DNA from: Eledone cirrhosa
Taxonomy: Eukaryota
Length of the DNA stretch: 64,000 bases
NCBI GenBank assembly: GCA_964016885.1
Contig: OZ024752.1
Location: 7,316,001-7,380,000, forward strand
Direction: 5' to 3'
Made by a program: the position numbers and the translations under genes. Positions 1 through 12,003 of the stretch are shown here, one piece after another; position 1 is the first letter of the stretch, and each line of letters begins with the position of its first letter. The notes under the pieces were generated by a model. It saw nothing but the letters and a program-made list of their open reading frames with translations, had not been told where the DNA came from and made no database searches.

Positions 1-52
1 TATATATCAAATATATAAGAACCGTTATTTTAATAAATATATATATATATGA

Positions 53-243
53 AGATGGTGGTGGTGATGGTGATGATGATGATGGTGGTGGTGGTGATGG
101 TGATGATGATGGTGGTGGTGATGGTAAAGATGATGGTGGTGGTGATGATGATGGTGGTAGTGGTGGTGATGATGATGATGGTGGATGGTGATGATGGTGG
201 TGATAATGATGGTGGTGATAATGATGGTGGTGGTGGTGGTGGT
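53..243. repeat. (GAT/GGT)n microsatellite; similar simple repeats at 1330-1802, 9675-9985, 46397-46620 and (GA)n at 50310-50397
   Basis: Direct inspection. Confidence 0.95.
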
Positions 244-297
244 GTATGCTATAAAAGACTTGCAATAGAGAACCAAACAAGTAAGAGGAGATCTTAC

Positions 298-393
298 CGA
301 ACTGATTTCCTGTAAAGATTGTATTTGTGTATCCCGTTCCTGTTGTGCAGCGTAAAGTTGTTCGAGGGTGTGTTCACTGGCACGGTGACCTTC
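298..393 (-). CDS. GRIPAP1: GRIPAP1 exon 16 (EGHRASEHTLEQLYAAQQERDTQIQSLQEISS); gene continues beyond window start
   Basis: tgtccag/GTAAG boundaries, 96 nt, phase 0-0, no stop codon. Confidence 0.85.
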
Positions 394-753
394 CTGGACA
401 GGGGAATTAGAGAGCAGGAACAATGTCAAGGTCATATATATATATATTGGAAGATCACAAACATTGTCAAGGTCATATATATTGGAAGGTCAGACATATT
501 GGAAAGTCAGAAATATTGACAAGGTCATATATATTATAAGGTCATTCAGTTTGAAACATTTGTCAAGGTCATATATATTGGAAGGTCAGAGACATTGACA
601 AGGTCATATATATTGAAAGGTCAAAAACAATGTCATGGTCATATATTGGAAAGTCATCCAGTTTGAAACCTTTGAACTCAGAACGTAAAGGGCCATAACT
701 ATGTGGCAAAGCATGGTGTCTGCCAATGCAGCCTATAATGGAAGTATAGTTAC

Positions 754-888
754 CAGAAGTTGTACTTTAAAGTCATCAAACTGCTGAGAATGGAGGGCCA
801 ATTGTTTCTCTAGAACATTGATCTGCTGTTTGTACTCCTGCTCAACTTCATTGCGTTGTTGGTTGTTAACAATACTGGTAGCATCCAC
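754..888 (-). CDS. GRIPAP1: GRIPAP1 exon 15 (VDATSIVNNQQRNEVEQEYKQQ...FKVQLL)
   Basis: cctccacag/GTAAC boundaries, 135 nt, coiled-coil character. Confidence 0.85.
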
Positions 889-902
889 CTGTGGAGGAGG
901 GG

Positions 903-1150
903 GGGAGAACAGTGTTAATACTGGTAGTATCACATGGTGGGGGGGGGGGGGGGCATTAGTGTTAATACTGGTAGTATCACATGGTGGGGGGAGACAGTGT
1001 TAATACTGGTAGTATCACATGGTGGGGGGGGACATTAGTGTTAATACTGGTAGTATCACGTGGTGGGGGTAGTATCCACATGTGGGAGGAGGGAGTGGTA
1101 CTATCCACATGTGGGGGGAGGGGCGTGGTAGTATCCACATGTGGTGGGGG
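903..1150. repeat. Tandem copies of the exon-15 acceptor junction
   Basis: AATACTGGTAGTATC(C)ACATG(T)GG units versus the exon boundary AATACTGGTAGCATCCACCTGTGG. Confidence 0.75.
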
Positions 1151-1187
1151 AAATTTGAAATGTTCCAAAAATGGCCAAAGTTCTTAC

Positions 1188-1265
1188 CATTTGCTGTAAG
1201 GCTATGTTTTGCTCCTCCAATTCCTTGATTTTAGAATACGAACAATTTTGAGAATCATCCAACAT
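1188..1265 (-). CDS. GRIPAP1: GRIPAP1 exon 14 (MLDDSQNCSYSKIKELEEQNIALQQM)
   Basis: tgccag/GTAAG boundaries, 78 nt, phase 0-0. Confidence 0.85.
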
Positions 1266-1986
1266 CTGGCAGACAAGAAACGAGACATTGTTTACTCATC
1301 ATCTTCATCATTGTTTTTGTCATCAACACAGCATCACAACACCTCACAACATTCATATCTTCCAATTCACAACACAAACTCACAACCCCCATCACTTTTA
1401 ATTCACAACACAACCACACAACACAACCACACAACACAACCACACAACACATCACATCACAACCACACAACACAACCTCACACAACACAACCACACAACA
1501 CAACCTCACACAACACAACCTCACACAACACAACCTCACACAACACAACCACACAACACAACCTCACACAACACAACCTCACACAACACAACCTCACACA
1601 ACACAACCTCACACAACACAACCTCACACAACACAACCACACAACACAACCTCACACAACACAACCTCACACAACACAACCACTCAACACAACCTCACAC
1701 AACACAACCACTCAACACAACCTCACAACACCTCAACACCCATCACTTTTAATTCACAACTACACAACACAACCTCACACCTCACAACACAACCTCACAA
1801 CACCCTCAACAAGGCATTGGTCAACTAAGGATTACAATAGAAGACACCCGCGACCCAACCACATAATGAGACCCAACATGAAATGCTGCTACCACAAACC
1901 AACAAACCACACCGCCACACCTGTCACTATATCACCCTCCATTTCCTTGCAGCATAATCCACTGCACAGTCAATTTCCCACTTTAC

Positions 1987-2086
1987 CTGTTGTTTAGATT
2001 CCAATTCAGCTTGTAGTTTATTGATTACATCAGTATAATACTTCTTCTCTCGCTCACGGCCAGCATGAACCTCCTCAAGTCTTTTC
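1987..2086 (-). CDS. GRIPAP1: GRIPAP1 exon 13 (EKRLEEVHAGREREKKYYTDVINKLQAELESKQQ)
   Basis: AAG acceptor after a T-rich tract, CAG|GTAAAG donor, 100 nt, phase 2 to 0. Confidence 0.85.
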
Positions 2087-2195
2087 CTTTAAATCAGAAA
2101 CAAAGAAACATGAAAGAAAACCAATTGTGATTTTTATAAAAACAAGGGTAGAAGAGATTCTCCACACTGGCTGGATATAAAACAACTTCCCTGGT

Positions 2196-2617
2196 GATGG
2201 TACTATGATAAAGTACACCCAGTACACTCTGTAAAGTGGTAGTGCTGGTGCCATGATAAAATACACCCACTACACTCTGTAAAGTGGTAGTGCTGGTGCC
2301 ATGATAAAATACACCCACTACACTCTGTAAAGTGGTAGTGCTGGTGCTATGATAAAGTACACCCAGTACACTCTGTAAAGTGGTAGTGATGGTGCTATGA
2401 TAAAGTACACCCAGTACACTCTGTAAAGTGGTAGTGATGGTGCTATGATAAAGTACACCCAGTACACTCTAATGTGGTTGATGGTGCTATGATAAAATAC
2501 ACCCAGTACATTCTGTAATGTGATAGTGATGGTACCATGATAAAATACACCCAGTACACTCTGTAAAGTGGTTGATGGTACCATGATAAAATACACCCAG
2601 TACACTCTGTAAAGTAG
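2196..2617. repeat. ~53-bp tandem repeat derived from a SINE body segment
   Basis: TACACCCAGTACACTCTGTAAAGTGGT units; the same motif occurs singly at ~9300 and ~17085. Confidence 0.85.
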
Positions 2618-2965
2618 TAGTGTTGGCAATTAAATGGAAACAATATGGTGTAGAGAAAACTCATCAGCCTGGCCAGACATACGGCCTCTCTTGGGCTGGT
2701 GCCACGATAAACTGCACCCAATACATTCTGTTGAATGGTTGACAATTGAATAGAGACAATGTAGGGCAGATAGGAGAAACTCTCTTGTGCTGGTGTCACA
2801 ATAAAATGTACCCTGTACACTCTGTAAGGGTATAAGAGTATTAAGTTAAGACCTAACTGAGGTCTTAAGATGATGGTCAAAAATTTAAGATCTAACTGAG
2901 GTCCTATCTACAGGTCATTAAGACCTAACTGAGGTCTAAAGATGGTCATTGAAATGTTTACTTAC

Positions 2966-3013
2966 TCAGCTTCTTTGAAATAACTTTCTTTCTCTTCTTG
3001 TAAATGGACATAA
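2966..3013 (-). CDS. GRIPAP1: GRIPAP1 exon 12 (SYVHLQEEKESYFKEA)
   Basis: ctttacag/GTAAG boundaries, 48 nt, phase 2-2; LQ.EKE..F motif. Confidence 0.88.
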   Translation of the reverse strand, partial: LCPFTRRERKLFQRS

Positions 3014-3025
3014 CTGTAAAGTAGA

Positions 3026-6000
3026 GGACAGTGGTGTTAGGGTGGACAGTGGTGTTAGGGTGGACAGTGGAGACAGACTGGTGTTAGGGTGGACAGTGGT
3101 GTTAGGGTGGACAGTGGAGACAGACTGGTGTTAGGGTGGACAGTGGTGTTAGAGTGGACAGTGGAGACAGACTGGTGTTAGGGTGGACAGTGGTGTTAGG
3201 GTGGACAGTGGAGACAGACTGGTGTTAGGGTGGACAGTGGTGTTAGGGTGGACAGTGGTGTTAGGGTGGACAGTGGAGACAGACTGGTGTTAGGGTGGAC
3301 AGTGGTGTTAGGGTGGACAGTGGAGACAGACTGGTGTTAGGGTGGACAGTGGTGTTAGGGTGGACAGTGGAGACAGACTGGTGTTAGGGTGGACAGTGGT
3401 GTTAGGGTGGACAGTGGTGTTAGGGTGGACAGTGGTGTTAGGGTGGACAGTGGAGACAGACTGGTGTTAGGGTGGACAGTGGTGTTAGAGTGGACAGTGG
3501 AGACAGACTGGTGTTAGGGTGGACAGTGGTGTTAGGGTGGACAGTGGAGACAGACTGGTGTTAGGGTGGACAGTGGTGTTAGAGTGGACAGTGGAGACAG
3601 ACTGGTGTTAGGGTGGACAGTGGTGTTAGGGTGGACAGTGGAGACAGACTGGTGTTAGGGTGGACAGTGGTGTTAGAGTGGACAGTGGAGACAGACTGGT
3701 GTTAGGGTGGACAGTGGTGTTAGGGTGGACAGTGGAGACAGACTGGTGTTAGGGTGGACAGTGGTGTTAGGGTGGACAGTGGAGACAGACTGGTGTTAGG
3801 GTGGACAGTGGTGTTAGGGTGGACAGTGGAGACAGACTGGTGTTAGGGTGGACAGTGGTGTTAGGGTGGACAGTGGTGTTAGGGTGGACAGTGGAGACAG
3901 ACTGGTGTTAGGGTGGACAGTGGTGTTAGGGTGGACAGTGGTGTTAGGGTGGACAGTGGAGACAGACTGGTGTTAGGGTGGACAGTGGTGTTAGGGTGGA
4001 CAGTGGAGACAGACTGGTGTTAGGGTGGACAGTGGTGTTAGGGTGGACAGTGGTGTTAGGGTGGACAGTGGAGACAGACTGGTGTTAGGGTGGACAGTGG
4101 TGTTAGGGTGGACAGTGGAGACAGACTGGTGTTAGGGTGGACAGTGGTGTTAGAGTGGACAGTGGAGACAGACTGGTGTTAGGGTGGACAGTGGTGTTAG
4201 GGTGGACAGTGGAGACAGACTGGTGTTAGGGTGGACAGTGGTGTTAGGGTGGACAGTGGTGTTAGGGTGGACAGTGGAGACAGACTGGTGTTAGGGTGGA
4301 CAGTGGTGTTAGGGTGGACAGTGGAGACAGACTGGTGTTAGGGTGGACAGTGGTGTTAGGGTGGACAGTGGAGACAGACTGGTGTTAGGGTGGACAGTGG
4401 TGTTAGGGTGGACAGTGGAGACAGACTGGTGTTAGGGTGGACAGTGGTGTTAGAGTGGACAGTGGAGACAGACTGGTGTTAGGGTGGACAGTGGTGTTAG
4501 GGTGGACAGTGGAGACAGACTGGTGTTAGGGTGGACAGTGGTGTTAGGGTGGACAGTGGAGACAGACTGGTGTTAGGGTGGACAGTGGTGTTAGGGTGGA
4601 CAGTGGAGACAGACTGGTGTTAGGGTGGACAGTGGTGTTAGAGTGGACAGTGGAGACAGACTGGTGTTAGGGTGGACAGTGGTGTTAGGGTGGACAGTGG
4701 AGACAGACTGGTGTTAGGGTGGACAGTGGTGTTAGGGTGGACAGTGGAGACAGACTGGTGTTAGGGTGGACAGTGGTGTTAGGGTGGACAGTGGTGTTAG
4801 GGTGGACAGTGGAGACAGACTGGTGTTAGGGGGTGGACAGTGGTGTTAGAGTGGACAGTGGAGACAGACTGGTGTTAGGGTGGACAGTGGTGTTAGGGTG
4901 GACAGTGGAGACAGACTGATGTTAGGGTGGACAGTGGTGTTAGAGTGGACAGTGGAGACAGACTGGTGTTAGGGTGGACAGTGGTGTTAGGGTGGACAGT
5001 GGTGTTAGGGTGGACAGTGGAGACAGACTGGTGTTAGGGTGGACAGTGGTGTTAGGGTGGACAGTGGTGTTAGGGTGGACAGTGGAGACAGACTGGTGTT
5101 AGGGTGGACAGTGGTGTTAGAGTGGACAGTGGAGACAGACTGGTGTTAGGCTGGACAGTGGTGTTAGGGTGGACAGTGGAGACAGACTGGTGTTAGGGTG
5201 GACAGTGGTGTTAGGGTGGACAGTGGTGTTAGGGTGGACAGTGGAGACAGACTGGTGTTAGGGTGGACAGTGGTGTTAGGGTGGACAGTGGAGACAGACT
5301 GGTGTTAGGGTGGACAGTGGTGTTAGGGTGGACAGTGGTGTTAGGGTGGACAGTGGAGACAGACTGGTGTTAGGGTGGACAGTGGTGTTAGAGTGGACAG
5401 TGGAGACAGACTGGTGTTAGGGTGGACAGTGGTGTTAGGGTGGACAGTGGAGACAGACTGGTGTTAGGGTGGACAGTGGAGACAGACTGGTGTTAGGGTG
5501 GACAGTGGTGTTAGGGTGGACAGTGGAGACAGACTGGTGTTAGGGTGGACAGTGGAGACAGACTGGTGTTAGGGTGGACAGTGGAGACAGACTGGTGTTA
5601 GGGTGGACAGTGGAGACAGACTGGTGTTAGGGTGGACAGTGGAGACAGACTGGTGTTAGGGTGGACAGTGGTGTTAGAGTGGACAGTGGAGACAGACTGG
5701 TGTTAGGGTGGACAGTGGAGACAGACTGGTGTTAGGGTGGACAGTGGTGTTAGAGTGGACAGTGGAGACAGACTGGTGTTAGGGTGGACAGTGGTGTTAG
5801 GGTGGACAGTGGAGACAGACTGGTGTTAGGGTGGACAGTGGTGTTAGGGTGGACAGTGGAGACAGACTGGTGTTAGGGTGGACAGTGGTGTTAGGGTGGA
5901 CAGTGGTGTTAGGGTGGACAGTGGTGTTAGGGTGGACAGTGGTGTTAGGGTGGACAGTGGAGACAGACTGGTGTTAGGGTGGACAGTGGTGTTAGGGTGG

Positions 6001-6146
6001 ACAGTGGTGTTAGGGTGGACAGTGGAGACAGACTGGTGTTAGGGTGGACAGTGGTGTTAGAGTGGACAGTGGAGACAGACTGGTGTTAGGGTGGACAGTG
6101 GTGTTAGACTGGACAGTGGAGACAGACTGGTGTTAGGCTGGACAGT
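3026..6146. repeat. 3.1-kb minisatellite of interleaved 18-bp (GTGGACAGTGGTGTTAGG) and 29-bp (GTGGACAGTGGAGACAGACTGGTGTTAGG) units
   Basis: Visible tandem array in GRIPAP1 intron 11. Confidence 0.97.
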
Positions 6147-6381
6147 GATGCTGAAGTGAACTGTGATGAACCGTAGAGGAGTGTGGTGGACATGGTGTTG
6201 ACTGTGGTGGACCAGTCCAACCTTTGTTAGCAGGGAAAGCAGATGTTAAACAGTGTGTGTGTGTGTGTGTGTGACCCCCCCCCCCCCAAAAAAAAAAAAC
6301 CACTCACTCAACACACCTGCTTTTTCTCCCCCAAAAAGATGTTTCTCTTCCTTCTCCTCTATCTCTCTCTTTCACATTCTA

Positions 6382-6417
6382 TCTTCTGATGAAGGACTAG
6401 TGTCTGAAACATTAAGA
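6382..6417 (+). ncRNA. Minimal type-I hammerhead ribozyme motif (degenerate)
   Basis: TCTT-CTGATGA-AGGAC tagt GTCT-GAAAC-ATT-AAGA; sister of 59953-59986. Confidence 0.55.
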
Positions 6418-6491
6418 CTATTTTCCCTCCTATATCAAGCATTAAACTAATATATATCTTCATTGTACTGTGTTGTTTCCCATTTACTTTT

Positions 6492-6536
<45 letters not shown>

Positions 6537-6699
6537 CTGCAGTTCAAATCTATCAAATCCCACTCACAAGGGATAGGTCAGCCTGAGGCTTTAGAAGAAA
6601 ACACCAAATGTGTCACCTAGTAGGACTTAAACCTGAAACCTCATAGTTGAACAAAATCCTTAACCACCCTGCTAAAACCTAGCTTGCACCTATATATAT

Positions 6700-7140
6700 G
6701 TCTTCTACTTTGCCCACATATTCCTCAGAATTGTGTGGGGACAGTCCTCAAACACTCCTTCCAGCAGGTCCTGTCAGAAGCAACCGTCCCCAACTGATCT
6801 GGCTGGATCCCCCAAGTGAGACCAGCCAAGCTCATGGATGTTATCCAACCATCTTGCTCAGGGTCTACTCCTGGGTCTCCTGCCAGTTGGTTTTTGCCTG
6901 TAAAATCTGTCCAGTGATTCTTTCCTGAAACATTCTAACCACATGTCCGTAGTATCGGAGCTGTGATATCTCAATCCGGAGAAATAACAGCTCCACCTGG
7001 AGTGACTCTCCAGTGATTCTTTCCTGAGACATTCTAACCACATACCCATAGTATCAGCTTTACCTGAAGTGACTGATCTCTGACCCTCACTATATCAAGT
7101 AATGTTACTCCAAAGACCCTGTGAAGGAACCCCATTTCGG
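6700..7140. repeat. Unclassified interspersed repeat (copies ~58560-58880; partial ~10880-10985)
   Basis: Shared AAGCAACCRTC.CCAACTGATC.GGCTGGATC...GGTTTTTGCCTGTAAAATCTGTCCAGTGA. Confidence 0.6.
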
Positions 7141-7303
7141 TCACTTCTATTCATAACCATATGTAAGGGTTGATACAAATACTTAATTGAAGATAGCGAG
7201 TTATGTATAACTTTTTTAATTTCTAAGCCTGTTGAACCTGTGAAATATAGAATTTTAAATAGATTTAAAATAATTATAAAAATAATTATAATAATTAAAT
7301 TAC

Positions 7304-7383
7304 CTGTCTTGTTTTCTTTTCAACTTTTCAGATAATTTCTCAACTTCATCTTCCAAAACTGATATTTGCTGCAGGAATTTTTT
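7304..7383 (-). CDS. GRIPAP1: GRIPAP1 exon 11 (KKFLQQISVLEDEVEKLSEKLKRKQD)
   Basis: ttacag/GTAAT boundaries, 80 nt, phase 0 to 2; resembles KLSEKLKKKQES. Confidence 0.9.
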
Positions 7384-7423
7384 CTGTAAATTATAAATAA
7401 GAAACACCATGTAAACAGAAGAG

Positions 7424-7457
<34 letters not shown>

Positions 7458-7529
7458 CCCATATTCCTATATATACGTTAGTTAGGCGCGTAACAACAGT
7501 TACAGGCGCCATCCGAAGCACTCAAGGTT

Positions 7530-7920
7530 TAAGTTGACGTCAAGGAAGTCTGTTAGTCAGGTGCATGTCTGTTATCTTAAGTCCTAGAGTGTTAAAGGTG
7601 TCGATCAGATCCTTACGGAACCAGTTCAGAGTGTGCCCACTGCAGTCATGGGCCAAAGAAAGACCATCATTGTAGTCTAGACAAATGGCACAGTCGGGGA
7701 ATTTATGTTTAAGCGTATGGAGTATGTAGAACCCAACAAGATCACATATATCCACGCTGTTGTGTGATCCCATCGAGACATCAAATGAATCTTCTGGGTT
7801 AGATTGTTTTACCCAAGCAATGCCAGTGTTGAACAGAAGTGTCCTTCGTGTGTGGTAAATCAGCTCTTGGTCCCTGATAGTCCCGAAGGTACAAGCAAAG
7901 TCTAAGGCCTTATCTACAGG
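7530..7920 (-). mobile_element. Penelope-like element reverse transcriptase remnant
   Basis: Translates ...TLLFNTGIAWVKQSNPEDSFDVSMGSHNSVDICDLVGFYIL...DYNDGL, resembling PLE RT (FDVTMGS..GAE.C.LVG.Y.L ... YRDDGL); degraded. Confidence 0.75.
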
Positions 7921-8346
7921 GTACAGCTAAGATATATCACCTAAACAAGGGTCTGTCCCTCCTTCCATTTTTTTTCCATTAATTTTTTTTCTTTCTGTTT
8001 CTTTTGCGAAATATTTATGTAAATAAAACTTATCCTGTAATGATTCAGCAGAAAATATCTAAAAACATGTTTGTTAATTCAAATGTTTATAGTTTCTTTA
8101 TTGTTGTGAAAATTTACAGTATTAGACTAAAGACTTCAATATTTAATGTGATGCAGTTATAGTGCTGTTTTTTACCTTTCAAGAACTAATGCCATTTCAT
8201 GTGGTACAGGACATTAAATTGAAAACAAAAAAAAAATTGTTTAAAAAAAACAAAAATGACTCCATCTCCAAAATTGTTTTTAAAAACAGATAAAAATGAC
8301 TCCATGTTATTTCAAAATTGTTATAAAAAACAGATAAAAATCTTAC

Positions 8347-8417
8347 ATCGGAACTGTTTAGTTGTTCTTTGAGGATTCGGTTTTCTTCAAGTTCAGTTTC
8401 TAAGTTTAATTTCAACA
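8347..8417 (-). CDS. GRIPAP1: GRIPAP1 exon 10 (VLKLNLETELEENRILKEQLNSSD)
   Basis: tttttcag/GTAAG boundaries, 71 nt, phase 1 to 0. Confidence 0.88.
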
Positions 8418-8548
8418 CTGAAAAACAAAATTAATCCAAGAATATACTCTGAATCCTCACTTAATTACTATGTTCCATACCATCAAACAGTCAGAGAATT
8501 GATTGGTAAACAAACTCCTTATTTAACCCCTTCATTATTATATTTCTA

Positions 8549-8740
8549 GGGCAGTGGATTGGCAGTATCGGTAGAGAGTCAGACGCCATGCTTTCCAGCA
8601 TAGTTACGTCCCTTTACGGTCTGAGTTCAAATTCCATTGAGGTTAACTTAGCCTTTCATCCTTACAGGATCGATAAAATAAAGTACCAGTAATGTACTGG
8701 AATAATTGCTGGCCTTGTGCCAAAAGTAGAAACAATTATT
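8549..8740 (+). mobile_element. tRNA-derived SINE family A (other copies ~13478-13710, 14340-14490, 23335-23490, 28398-28555, 36715-37270, 58130-58308)
   Basis: A-box-like TGGCAGTATCGG, B-box GAGTTCAAATCC, conserved body GCCTTTCATCCTTACGGGGTCGATAAAATAAAGTACCAG, (ATT)n tail. Confidence 0.8.
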
Positions 8741-9553
8741 ATATTTCTAATAAAAGACACTGCTTATGAGTTTCAAATATTTTTCTTTAAATAATCAAAA
8801 ATTTGAGAGGATTTAGTAAAATAAGAAACTTTTTTTCAATATTAAACTGCTTGGAATCTAATTTAAAGATTCTTATATAAAATTATGATGGAAGGGTTTT
8901 TAGATAAATATAAAACACTTTAAAATAAACAGCTTTGTATCATAAAACCTGGGGCTGTTTGATATCAAAAGGGTTCACAACCAGAGACTGCTCCAGTGAG
9001 TTATTCAGTAAACCCCTTAGTTCACAACAGCTCCAATGAGTTGTTCAGTAAACCTCTTACTTCACAACTACTCCAATGAGTTATTCAGTAAACCACTTAC
9101 TTCACAACTGCTCCAATGAGTTATTCAGTACATTCCTAAGTTCACAACTACTCCAATAAGTTATTCAGTAAACAAACTCCTAAGGTAACAACCAGGATCT
9201 ATTACAGCAGTATAGTCATAGACATTGATTGTTCTAATGCCCACAATAAAATGCAATAATTATATTCTCTAAAGTGGTATTGCTGGTGCCACTATATAAT
9301 ACACCCAGTCCACTCTGAAGTGGTTGGCATTAGAAAGGGCTTCCAGTCATAGAAACCATGCCAACATAGGGACAGTATGAGCAGATGTGGTCATCTGACT
9401 TGTCTAATCCAGACTGTGATAACCAGTCCAACCCATGCCAGCATAGAAAACAGGCATATAACGATGATGAACGACAGGAATGGGATAAGGACCAGATTTT
9501 TAGGGAGTTGCTTTTGATCTAAAGAAATCCCAAAGATGCTTTGCTGTACTTAC

Positions 9554-9625
9554 CATTTAATTGTTGGACACACTCCTCTTTGGAAGGTGACTGTAGAATA
9601 TTCTGGTTCTTGTCATTTGGTAAAA
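9554..9625 (-). CDS. GRIPAP1: GRIPAP1 exon 9 (VLPNDKNQNILQSPSKEECVQQLN)
   Basis: AG/GTAAG boundaries, 72 nt, phase 1-1. Confidence 0.8.
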
Positions 9626-10032
9626 CTGTGGAATAGACGACATGGAATAAAGACTTGAGAAGAATTGGATGTTGTGACATGGTGTGGTGTGGTGTGGTAT
9701 GATGTGGTGTGGTGTGTGACATGGTGTGATGTGGTGTGTGACGTGGTGTGGTGGGGTGGGTAACATGGTGTGGTATGGTGTGGTGTGTGACGTGGTGTGA
9801 TGTGGTGTGGTATGGTGTGTGACGTGGCATGGCATGACATGACGTAGTCTGGTGTGTGACATGGTGTGGTGTTGTGGTGTGACGTGGTGTTATGTGGTGT
9901 GACATGGTGTGTTGTGACGTGTTGTGACGTTATGTGGTATGTTGCAATGTGGTGTGACGTTATGTGGTGTGACATGATGTGATGTGGAGATGAAAGGTTT
10001 ACAGGTGTCATCAGATTGTAAGAACTATTTAC

Positions 10033-10067
10033 CTTCAGACTGGGAAATACTGGAATCACTGGAGACT
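10033..10067 (-). CDS. GRIPAP1: GRIPAP1 exon 8 (QVSSDSSISQSE)
   Basis: tctcttcctgcag acceptor, GTAAAT donor, 35 nt; supplies the phase 2 to 1 bridge required between exons 7 and 9. Confidence 0.72.
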
Positions 10068-10480
10068 CTGCAGGAAGAGAGAAATCACTGAATTATTAAC
10101 TTTCACAAGATTGAATAAAACTGAAAATGGAAAGAAAAAGTCCTGAAAATTCTCACCAACTGGTAGAGAACTCATTAACATATCATTAACTGGTAGAGAA
10201 CTCATTAACATATTAACTGGTAGAGAACTCATTAACATATCACTAACTAGTAGAGAACCCATTAACATATCACTAACTGGTAGAGAACCCATTAACATAT
10301 CACTAACTGGTAGAGAACCCATTAACATTAACTGGTAGAAAACCCCATTAATATATCATTAACTGGTAGAGAACTCCATTAAGATATCAGTAACTGGTAG
10401 AAAATCCCATTAACATATCACTAACTGGTAGATAAGCCATTGCTTTACAGACATCAACTGAGACAAAAAGAAGTACTTAC

Positions 10481-10625
10481 TGGTTTGAACTATCTTCAGG
10501 TATTGTTTCTCCTTGGCCATTCTCACCTGAAGTACCTTGATTGTTGCTGCTGTTTGAAGTGGAGGAACCTGACTTCATTTGTTGCTTGTAATATGTTACC
10601 TGTTTCTCATGCTTCTCTTGACAAG
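10481..10625 (-). CDS. GRIPAP1: GRIPAP1 exon 7 (ACQEKHEKQVTYYKQQMKSG...EDSSN)
   Basis: AG/GTAAG boundaries, 145 nt, open frame, phase 1 to 2. Confidence 0.8.
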
Positions 10626-11144
10626 CTGGCAATGGAAATTGGGATTTATTTCAAATATTACAATATGGCAGATGGCTTCATCTCAGACTGTGTTGAAACT
10701 ATAGTAATTACATCATAGAAGAGTCATTTTAGCCACAATTGTACATGTCTGGTGACTTGATCTGAGATCATGTGTTGAAACTAAAGTAATTACATCATGG
10801 AAGAGTCGTTTTAACCATTTAAAAACAGTTAAATTCACTCTACATTTATCATTCATTTCTTCTTTGCCCAATTATTCCTGGGAGAGTCATGGAGACAGAA
10901 TCCTCAAGCACACATCCCAGTGGGTCCTGTCAAAAGCAACAGTCACCAATTGATCCAGCTGGATACCCAAGCGAAACCAGCTGAACACTTTTGGTGTAAA
11001 AATGTTCATAGCATTCTGTGTCTAAAGTGTATCAGTGACCAGGTCGCAAAGAGTGTGACAAAAATGTTAACACCAAGACATGCTAAATGTTAAGCAAACA
11101 GTTTCTGTATTTTTGAATATATATATATATATATATATATAAAT

Positions 11145-11342
11145 AACCAAATGAAAAAGATATATGTTTATATATAGAGAGAGAAAGAGCCATTTATTCT
11201 TCAAGAAACACAGTATATTGTATATATACCAAATACATATTCTTCTATAGAATATGTATTTGGTATATTTTCAATATACTGTGTTTCTTGTTCAATATAT
11301 GACTCTTTCTCTCTATATATATAAACATATCTCTATTTGGTT
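11145..11342. repeat. Imperfect palindrome (~95-bp arms)
   Basis: AACCAAAT...ATACCAAATACATATTCT / AGAATATGTATTTGGTAT...ATTTGGTT. Confidence 0.8.
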
Positions 11343-11427
11343 ATTATGGCTCTAGATAAAGTCTATTGAGCTTATTGAGAAACACAAAATTCTAACATAT
11401 TTGATATGTTTTGATTCATTATTTGTG

Positions 11428-11460
<33 letters not shown>

Positions 11461-11462
<2 letters not shown>

Positions 11463-11771
11463 TCATTTCATTTTACGTCCGCTTTTTCCCTGCTTGCCAG
11501 GGTGGGACGGGAACTGATTTTGGCTTGATTTCTACAGCTGGATGCCCTTCCTAACACCAACCTCATTTACAGTGAGTGCTGGGTGCTTTTTTGCCGTGGC
11601 ACCTCCACGACCACTTTGCAGTCCCTATCATCTCATTTCTACAGCTGAGTAAATTGGAGCAATGTGAAACTGGAGAATTGCTCAAGGAAACAACACATCA
11701 CCCGGTCTGAGAATTGAACTCACAACCTTTCGATTGCAAGGCCAATGCTCTAACCACTAAGCCATGTGCCT

Positions 11772-11774
<3 letters not shown>
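11461..11774 (-). mobile_element. SINE family B copy (others ~18050-18386, 60975-61290; partial 14930-15025, 19500-19625, 26370-26695)
   Basis: Reverse complement of 12318-12612. Confidence 0.82.
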
Positions 11775-11811
<37 letters not shown>

Positions 11812-12003
11812 TTCTTTCTTTCCTTTTTTTCTTCTCTGACGGAGAGGTGGTAGTACACTATAAGCCTTCGCCCCTTCACCAGTGGACCGAATAGCCATCA
11901 CTTGAGGGCGACTGACCGAGGTGAAAACAGCTAGTTGGTCAGTCGTCCTCTGTCACTGATTTTCGGACCCATGGATTTTTATATATTCCTTTGTTATATT
12001 CCA

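Noticed and set aside
25-1997. His-rich, Val/Met-rich and HTTQ-rich ORFs
   Set aside because: Microsatellite translations; only the embedded GRIPAP1 exons are credible
3026-6146. Interstitial telomere
   Set aside because: Only one GTTAGGG per 18/29-bp unit, not tandem TTAGGG
10033-10120. Longer exon 8 using the acceptor at 10121
   Set aside because: Introduces an in-frame TAA given the phase-2 entry from exon 7
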